Positions 26,304 through 32,000 of a stretch of 32,000 bases of DNA are shown in pieces. The stretch comes from Flavobacteriaceae bacterium (GTDB lineage: Bacteria > Bacteroidota > Bacteroidia > Flavobacteriales > Flavobacteriaceae): assembly GCA_965224465.1 (NCBI GenBank), contig OZ245049.1, positions 3,390,001-3,422,000 on the forward strand, written 5' to 3'. Below the pieces are notes generated by a model. That model was given only the letters and a program-made list of their open reading frames with translations. It ran no database searches and was not told where the DNA came from. Both the position numbers and the translations under genes were made by a program. The stretch's first letter is position 1, and every line of letters begins with the position of its first letter.

Positions 26304-26930
26304 ATGAAAAAAATCATAACATTATTAGTAGGTTTTTGGGTTGCTATATCTTTTTCTCAAGAAAAAAAAATCCCATACCCAAAAATTATTAAACCGATTA
26401 TTTCTTATAACTATAAAGTAAGCATATTAAATGGACTTGAGTTTTGTACATATAACGATGGGGATTATTTAAGAGGTCATTATAATGTTGAAGTTTACAT
26501 TTTAGATAAGACCATTTCAGATACTACGATTATTGATAATGGACTAGAAAGAAGCACTTTACGGTATGATTTAGCATATAGTAGATACAAAGGAACTAAT
26601 ATATCTTTACAAGGCAAGTTTTTTAAAGGCTACAAAAACGGTTTCTGGAAAACTACATATAAAAACAAATTAGTAAAAACCATAAATTATAATCATGGTT
26701 TAGTTATTGGTAGATACAGAGTTTACAATTTAAAAGGAAATATACTATATAAAACTACATTTGGTACTAAAGGTAATGGTAGGTTTGAAGATTATTATTA
26801 CAAAACTGGTCTTTTAAAACAAGAAGGCAATTACAAAAACGGAAAAAAACAAGGAGAATGGCGCGATTATGATGAACAGGGAAATACTAAAAAAATAACT
26901 TATTACGAAAATGGAACTCCAGTAAAATAA
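26304..26930 (+). CDS. YwqK-family/MORN-variant repeat protein with a signal peptide (immunity-type protein), copy 1.
   Basis: It has a signal peptide (MKKIITLLVGFWVAISFSQ). The C-terminal half carries MORN_2-like repeats (G.f..yY.tGlLkqEGnYkNGkkqGeW.dYdeqGn..k.tyYenG), as in proteins annotated as YwqK-family antitoxins. Confidence 0.7.
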   Translation: MKKIITLLVGFWVAISFSQEKKIPYPKIIKPIISYNYKVSILNGLEFCTYNDGDYLRGHYNVEVYILDKTISDTTIIDNGLERSTLRYDLAYSRYKGTNISLQGKFFKGYKNGFWKTTYKNKLVKTINYNHGLVIGRYRVYNLKGNILYKTTFGTKGNGRFEDYYYKTGLLKQEGNYKNGKKQGEWRDYDEQGNTKKITYYENGTPVK

Positions 26931-27064
26931 GGTCCTACAATTAATAACCAAGGGTTTATACGATACTTAGGTTTCAATGTGAACGCCTTAGTAATTAAAG
27001 GTTTAAGTTTGCGAAAAAAATAATTCTCCTAATAACTTTTTTAATCTATTGTGTTACGCTTAAA
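26592..27064 (+). repeat. Conserved 3' block, copy 1: the C-terminal ~112 codons of the YwqK-like gene plus ~130 bp downstream. It is homologous to 31009-31481.
   Basis: The offset is constant at 4417 nt and I saw no indels. There are 4 aa differences across the shared protein part. Homology ends at the left end of the IS30 element. Confidence 0.85.
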
Positions 27065-28179
27065 TTCAACTAATAAACGCAACTTTTCGATTTGATTCTA
27101 TGATGGTTATATTTTCAAAACAGAAAAGTAGGAAAACCTACCTTTCTTGTCTTGATGGATATGTATCTTACGGTCTCAAATCTCGAAAAAAGAAGTTGTA
27201 TGAAACACATCACCCAAGCGCAAAGATACACAATTTGTTGCATGTTAAAACAAGGTTATAAACAGGTTGAGATAGCAGCTGCTATAGGAAAAGACAAGTC
27301 TGTTATTAGCAAAGAGATTAAGCGTAATTCAGACAAAAGAAATGGAGTTTACAAGCATGAATTAGCCCAAAAAAAGTATGCTAAACGTCATAAAGAAAAG
27401 CCTAAAAGAAAACGCTTTACAGAAGATATTCAACAAGCAATAGAGTTGTTATTGCGAGACGATTATAGTCCTGAGCAAGTAGTTGGTGTCCTAAAAAAAC
27501 AAGGTAAAGAAACGGTGTCTATTGAGCGTATATATCAGCATATTAGGGAAGACAAGAGGAATGATGGTGATTTACATACACACCTTCGCAGACAGGGAAG
27601 GAGATATAGAAAACGTGGCTCATCAAAGGATTCTAGAGGGGTTATAAAGAATCGTATTAGTATAGAACAACGCCCTGAAGTTGTTGAACAAAGAAATCGA
27701 TTTGGAGATTTAGAGGTCGATTTAATCATAGGTAAAAACCATAATCAAGCCATACTTACCGTAAATGATAGAGCTTCTGGAATGCTTAAAATGAAAAAAG
27801 TAAGCTCTAAAGAAGCAGTTGTTGTCACTAAAGCTATCAATGAAATATTAGAAGACTGGAAGCCTTATCTACATACTATAACAGCTGATAATGGAAAAGA
27901 ATTTGCAGGCCATGAGCAGGTTGCAGAAAATTTATGTATTGATTACTTTTTTGCGCATCCATATCACTCTTGGGAAAGAGGATCTAACGAAAATTTAAAT
28001 GGTTTGATTAGACAATATTTTGCCAAAGGAAGTGACTTTACAAACCTAACAGATCAAAGAATCAAAGAGGTAGAAACAAAATTAAATAACAGACCTAGGA
28101 AGAGACATAAATATCAAAACCCTATATTTGTAATGGAACAATTATTATTTAACTAAAAGTTGCGTTTGTGACTTGAATT
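27063..28179 (+). mobile_element. IS30-family insertion sequence (~1.1 kb) with imperfect ~25-bp terminal inverted repeats.
   Basis: IR-L at 27063-27087 is aattcaactaataaacgcaactttt. IR-R at 28155-28179 has the reverse complement aattcaagtcacaaacgcaactttt, giving 22/25 matches. A single transposase ORF lies between them. I see no matching target-site duplication. Confidence 0.8.
27200..28156 (+). CDS. IS30-family DDE transposase.
   Basis: The N-terminal HTH (MKHITQAQRYTICCMLKQGY...) is typical of IS30 transposases. The DDE region includes DLEVDLIIG, ITADNGKEF and SWERGSNENLNGLIRQYF. The ATG at 27200 is preferred over the upstream TTG/ATG at 27152-27157. Confidence 0.9.
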   Translation: MKHITQAQRYTICCMLKQGYKQVEIAAAIGKDKSVISKEIKRNSDKRNGVYKHELAQKKYAKRHKEKPKRKRFTEDIQQAIELLLRDDYSPEQVVGVLKKQGKETVSIERIYQHIREDKRNDGDLHTHLRRQGRRYRKRGSSKDSRGVIKNRISIEQRPEVVEQRNRFGDLEVDLIIGKNHNQAILTVNDRASGMLKMKKVSSKEAVVVTKAINEILEDWKPYLHTITADNGKEFAGHEQVAENLCIDYFFAHPYHSWERGSNENLNGLIRQYFAKGSDFTNLTDQRIKEVETKLNNRPRKRHKYQNPIFVMEQLLFN

Positions 28180-28186
28180 CAGCTAA

Positions 28187-29120
28187 AACTCTTTTTGATG
28201 ACATCCATTACTCTAGAATATTCAGTTTTATCTTTAATTTCAGTAAGTTTTTGTTGTTTTGGCATGAAGCTCATTCTAGGTAGCCCCAAAAATACATCTA
28301 TTAAGTACTCATAACCGTTGTGTCATAAGCGCGCTATATCCATAGCAATTATTGTTTATTTTATTAGGTTAGAAAAGGACTACCTAGTTTATAGCCTTGT
28401 TCAATTCTTTCTTTTGAAAAACAGAAGAACAGGAATCTACCCTTTAGGACAAGCATATAAACAAAATTAATCAGAATAAAAACACAATAACACGTGTGCG
28501 TATAACATTTTTATATATATTTGACCTACGCTTAAAAACGGACACACTCTATCAACAAGCCCCCACCTACATTGTAAACTAAATGGATATGCCTTCTAGT
28601 TTAGAGTTGCTATTGTGAGAATATTACTATTACAAAGCATTGACAGACTCAAACAACTTAATACAACATAGAATAAAAGAACAATATGGTAAAAGCAACA
28701 TTAATAATAGATGGAAAAGAAGTAAACGTACGTTGGTTTACCATCAATTTTAATCAAGGAGCAAATCCTAACGGCAGACCCTCACAAATCCCCGTATTTA
28801 TAGGCTTTAAGCTAATTATAGAAGCTAGAAAAGACCTAAACCTAACTGACTGGGCCTTTTCCTCCAGACAAACAAAAGAGATAGTATTACATCTTAATTC
28901 CGTTATTTTGGGAGGCAAAACAAGAAAAATATTTTTCTATGACTGTCATCTTGTAAACTGGAAAACCAATTTTTCTTCTACAGGCTCAGATCCAATGACG
29001 GAAACTTTAGAAATTACTTGTGCTGGTGTTGAAGATTCTAATTCGTCTGGTGTGTATTCTGCATCTTGGAGAGTTACGTATCCAGAACTAGAAGTCGAAC
29101 CAACAATTAGAGATGATAAT
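28187..29120 (+). repeat. Conserved 5' block, copy 2 (homologous to 23056-24059).
   Basis: See copy 1. This copy begins within a few nt of the IS30 right end. Confidence 0.85.
28516..28523 (+). promoter_or_regulatory. Candidate -7 promoter element (TATATTTG) for cassette 2.
   Basis: It is the positional homologue of 23461-23468 and lies about 163 nt upstream of the ATG. Confidence 0.4.
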
Positions 29121-29375
29121 GAACCGAATTTTCTAGGATACTTTTTTGAAAATAAAAACGGAGAACCTATAGAACAAGAAAAAATAGAACCCAACCAAAA
29201 AGTAACTTTAGTTATAAAAACTGAAAATTCTGATATTGAAGTAATAACCATAAATTTGAATGACGATAGATTAAATTTTAAACACAATAATAAGGTGTTA
29301 GAAAACGACACTTTAGTAGGCGTAAGAATAACAGGAGAAGAAACAAGAATTGATTTAATTAGTATAATGGAATAA
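28686..29375 (+). CDS. tssD: TssD/Hcp-like tube protein with an ~84-aa C-terminal extension, copy 2.
   Basis: Residues 1-145 differ from copy 1 at only 5 positions. Residues 146-229 are alignable with copy 1 but highly diverged. Both proteins are 229 aa. Confidence 0.6.
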   Translation: MVKATLIIDGKEVNVRWFTINFNQGANPNGRPSQIPVFIGFKLIIEARKDLNLTDWAFSSRQTKEIVLHLNSVILGGKTRKIFFYDCHLVNWKTNFSSTGSDPMTETLEITCAGVEDSNSSGVYSASWRVTYPELEVEPTIRDDNEPNFLGYFFENKNGEPIEQEKIEPNQKVTLVIKTENSDIEVITINLNDDRLNFKHNNKVLENDTLVGVRITGEETRIDLISIME

Positions 29376-29376
29376 T

Positions 29377-30717
29377 ATGGCTGGTAAAACAAATAGAGGA
29401 ATAGCCCGTTTTGAGTCTGGAAGAGGAAATACCATGGAAATAATTTTTCCAACAGTAGTAAGTGATTTAAAATTTAACGTTCAATTTAGAAGACTAGACA
29501 GTTATAAAGGCGAGTTCGGTTTCGATTGGATGCGAGATAATTATAAAATAATATCTAAAGATTATGATAAATTAAAAAAGGAATACACACCGACTAAAAT
29601 TCATGAAGAAGATTATTTTGTGCCTTGGTTAAGTATGTTTCCTAACCAAGAGGGGGTAAAATTAAAGTTAGTGATTACAGAAATAGAAGGTACTGTAAAA
29701 GATAACGACATTATAAAACTCTCATCTAAAGACGGCATACATTTTGAACCTAACGAGCTAAAAGTATCTGAAGCCAATGGTAAAGAAATAACTATAATTT
29801 GTGAATCGCTTTTAAGCAATGATATTACCATTTCATTACTAGATAAAAACGATGAAGAGGTTGGTAAACTAAATATTTTTAAAAATGCAAATCACGAGCA
29901 ACTACATTTTAACATTACTCCTGTTCGAATTTTGAGAGGAGTATCACAACAAAGTGATAAAGATGTTATTGAGAATATGATAGATCACTCTCAAGGTTTT
30001 GGAGATAAAAGCAAAGATATAAATGGTGACTTACAAAACCTACAAGACTATTTAAATACTCAATCTTTAAATCAAGCTTTATTACAATGTAGTATTGGTA
30101 AGGTTTATGATGTTATTATAGATGAAGATAAATGGATAACTAATGACTTAATTATAGATGAAGGGTGTATATTTAAAGATGTAGAAATTTTAGAGAAATT
30201 GGATAAGGAATTTAAAAAACAACACCCTAAACAAGCTAAAAAAAGAGGTTTAGTTTTATTCTTATCTCCTTTAAGAAAAGAAGGTGCTGGAGGAGAAGGA
30301 GAAATTAGTGAGATAGATGCAAAAAGGTTAGTGATTTATCAATCAAATTTATGGGATAAAGAAAGTTTTGCCCACGAAATCTCACACGTTTTAGGATTGA
30401 CACATTCATTTCAGAAAAAGATGTCTACAGAGGATGTTTTTATTATGAATAGATTTATTAAGAAAGTAGACGATGATCTTAATTATATGATTAAAAATAA
30501 TGACCCTCAAAATCAAATTGCAGATGAATGGAGTACACGTAAAGATAGATATAAAGAATATAGAGTGTATTTAAACACCTATTATAAAAACCCTTATCTT
30601 TTTGAAAAAACAAAAACTGAAAATATCATGGATTATGAAAATATCAGAAAATCTTTTTGGAAATACCAATGGGAATCAATGCAAGATGATATAGTTAAGT
30701 TTTATAATGTTAAATAA
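29377..30717 (+). CDS. Zinc metallopeptidase-like protein (metzincin-type HExxHxxGxxH); candidate T6SS cargo toxin (effector 2).
   Basis: A 446-aa ORF starts 1 nt after the Hcp-like stop and has no signal peptide. The motif FAHEISHVLGLTHSF (H-E-x-x-H-x-x-G-x-x-H) lies at nt 30373-30405. A possible Met-turn, ENIMDY, has its Met at 30628-30630, reminiscent of M43/reprolysin-like metzincins. Confidence 0.7.
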   Translation: MAGKTNRGIARFESGRGNTMEIIFPTVVSDLKFNVQFRRLDSYKGEFGFDWMRDNYKIISKDYDKLKKEYTPTKIHEEDYFVPWLSMFPNQEGVKLKLVITEIEGTVKDNDIIKLSSKDGIHFEPNELKVSEANGKEITIICESLLSNDITISLLDKNDEEVGKLNIFKNANHEQLHFNITPVRILRGVSQQSDKDVIENMIDHSQGFGDKSKDINGDLQNLQDYLNTQSLNQALLQCSIGKVYDVIIDEDKWITNDLIIDEGCIFKDVEILEKLDKEFKKQHPKQAKKRGLVLFLSPLRKEGAGGEGEISEIDAKRLVIYQSNLWDKESFAHEISHVLGLTHSFQKKMSTEDVFIMNRFIKKVDDDLNYMIKNNDPQNQIADEWSTRKDRYKEYRVYLNTYYKNPYLFEKTKTENIMDYENIRKSFWKYQWESMQDDIVKFYNVK

Positions 30718-30720
30718 GCA

Positions 30721-31347
30721 ATGAAAAAAACAATAACCTTAATACTATTAGCACTTTATATTAATTCCTTTGGTCAAAAACTAATGGTAAAACCGCCTAT
30801 TCCTATTACTCCAATAAGTTCTTTAGAATTAAAAACAAGTATTAAATTAGGTAAAGAGTTATCTTTTTTAATTAAAGAAAAGAAAACAATTAGAAATGGA
30901 GAGTATATAGTAATGGTTAGGAAAAAAAAAGAAAAAAAATCCATCCCTTATAAGTATATAAAGAATAATGAGGGAAATGACACTCCAAATTATGGACTTA
31001 AAGGAATAGGAACTAATATATATTTACAAGGCAAGTTTTTTAAAGGCTATAAAAATGGTTTCTGGAAAACTACATATAAAAACAAATTAGTAAAAACCAT
31101 AAATTATAATCATGGTTTAGTTATTGGTAGATACAGAGTTTACAATTTAAAAGGAAATATACTATATAAAACTACATTTGGTACTAAAGGTAATGGTAGG
31201 TTTGAAGATTATTATTACAAAACTGGTCTTTTAAAACAAGAAGGTAATTTCAGAAACGGAAAAAAACAAGGAGAATGGTGCGATTATGATGAACAGGGAA
31301 ATACTAAAAAAATAACTTATTACGAAAATGGAACTCCAGTAAAATAA
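30721..31347 (+). CDS. YwqK-family/MORN-variant repeat protein with a signal peptide, copy 2; candidate immunity protein for effector 2.
   Basis: It starts 3 nt after the effector 2 stop and has a signal peptide (MKKTITLILLALYINSFGQ). The N-terminal ~96 aa are unrelated in detail to copy 1. The C-terminal ~112 aa are nearly identical to copy 1. Confidence 0.7.
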   Translation: MKKTITLILLALYINSFGQKLMVKPPIPITPISSLELKTSIKLGKELSFLIKEKKTIRNGEYIVMVRKKKEKKSIPYKYIKNNEGNDTPNYGLKGIGTNIYLQGKFFKGYKNGFWKTTYKNKLVKTINYNHGLVIGRYRVYNLKGNILYKTTFGTKGNGRFEDYYYKTGLLKQEGNFRNGKKQGEWCDYDEQGNTKKITYYENGTPVK

Positions 31348-31481
31348 GGTCCTGCAGCTAATAACCAATGGTATATACGACGCTTAGGTTTAAATGTGAA
31401 CGCCTTAGTAATTAAAGGTTTAAGTTTATGGAGAAAATAACTCTCCTAATAACTTTTTTAATCTATTGTGTTATGATTAAA
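31009..31481 (+). repeat. Conserved 3' block, copy 2 (homologous to 26592-27064).
   Basis: See copy 1. Confidence 0.85.
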
Positions 31482-31800
31482 GCGCAGAGTACTGATACAA
31501 TAAAATCAGAAGACAATATAGTAAGCGCTAAACGTTATCAACTCTATGTTGTTTAAAAGGGCTCTTTAAAAAGGGAAATAGCTGTTTTTTGGAATAGTAA
31601 AAAAGAAGATTACAGTTATGTAAGCAGTGGATTAATTATATGTTATAGAAATCTTCATAAGTTTAAACAAAGAGGAATGGAAAATTTCATGGATTACACA
31701 AGTGGTAAGAAAAGGACTTGAAGCAACAAGAAAAGTAATCAACAGATGGAATAACAGCAAAGATTATCAATGGGAATTATTACCTATTTCGGTTGTGTAA
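31428..31800 (+). pseudogene. Possible degraded gene for a small signal-peptide protein.
   Basis: ATG 31428 opens MEKITLLITFLIYCVMIKAQS... (signal-peptide-like) and hits an in-frame TAA at 31554. The same frame stays open for about 54 more codons to a TGA at 31719. A +1 frame then continues from about 31714 to a TAA at 31800. The cassette 1 counterpart lacks the ATG and is cut by IS30. Confidence 0.35.
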
Positions 31801-31831
31801 TTTAAACTCTGTCTGCTTGTTTTTTTCTACG

Positions 31832-31891
31832 TTTTAAAATAGTTCGATTTTCTCTTCATAAGGCTGCTTTAAAAATCGAACTATTTTAAAA
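31832..31891. repeat. Perfect 20-bp inverted repeat with a 20-nt spacer.
   Basis: ttttaaaatagttcgatttt (31832-31851) and its exact reverse complement aaaatcgaactattttaaaa (31872-31891). Confidence 0.8.
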
Positions 31892-32000
31892 TGAGCCCCA
31901 GCGGCTAGCGTCACGAACTGCTTCCGTTTTTATGTAAATCCAACGTTATTCGATCTTCAAATTTAATATATAATTGTTGAATTGTCAAGCACCAATTATG

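Noticed and set aside
26362-26370. A9/A8 homopolymer tracts inside both YwqK-like genes (26362-26370, 30922-30930, 30932-30939), considered as possible slipped-strand phase-variation switches.
   Set aside because: Equally long A runs occur in core genes here, such as the EEP gene around 15240-15250. They reflect Lys-rich, AT-rich coding rather than a locus-specific feature. Population sequencing of tract length would still be needed to exclude it.
1-32000. A search for CRISPR arrays, tRNA/rRNA genes and phage integrase or att sites.
   Set aside because: I saw no regularly spaced direct repeats, no tRNA-like cloverleaf candidates in the intergenic regions and no integrase-like ORF. The only mobility gene is the IS30 transposase.

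Overview
The window looks like a Flavobacteriia-type (Bacteroidota) chromosome segment. This is inferred from AT-rich DNA, a T9SS/gliding adhesin, TAnnTTTG-type promoter motifs and the absence of Shine-Dalgarno sites. All family calls come from motifs I recognise by eye; no searches were run.

Part A (nt 1-22.75k) is ordinary core genome:
- a 5'-truncated giant SprB-like repeat adhesin (at least 4198 aa in the window) with a T9SS type-B C-terminal sorting domain
- its cognate PorP/SprF-family gene
- hflX
- an EEP-family nuclease/phosphatase
- a CNNM/DUF21-CBS transporter
- a DUF3078-like outer-membrane protein
- a small SUF accessory cluster (DUF2480-like, DUF59 Fe-S assembly protein, sufE)
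- a PfkB sugar kinase
- a long-form amidophosphoribosyltransferase (purF)
- several clear rho-independent terminators

Part B (nt ~22.8-31.9k) is a visibly more AT-rich accessory island and the most interesting region. It holds two tandem cassettes, and no T6SS structural genes lie in the window. Each cassette starts with a Bacteroidota TssD/Hcp-like tube protein carrying an ~84-aa C-terminal extension. A tightly coupled candidate toxin without a signal peptide follows. In cassette 1 this is a 409-aa orphan protein; in cassette 2 it is a 446-aa protein with an HExxHxxGxxH metzincin-like motif. Signal-peptide-bearing candidate immunity proteins come next: a 207-aa lipoprotein in cassette 1 and a YwqK/MORN-repeat protein in both cassettes.

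The cassettes share near-identical flanks. The 5' flank is the upstream leader plus Hcp codons 1-145. The 3' flank is the C-terminal half of the YwqK-like gene plus about 130 bp. Between the flanks the sequence is divergent, and both breakpoints fall inside ORFs. An IS30-family element sits exactly at the junction between the cassettes. I read this as an orphan, modular Hcp-adaptor/effector/immunity exchange locus of a T6SSiii-type system. The Hcp assignment and the toxin and immunity roles remain hypotheses.
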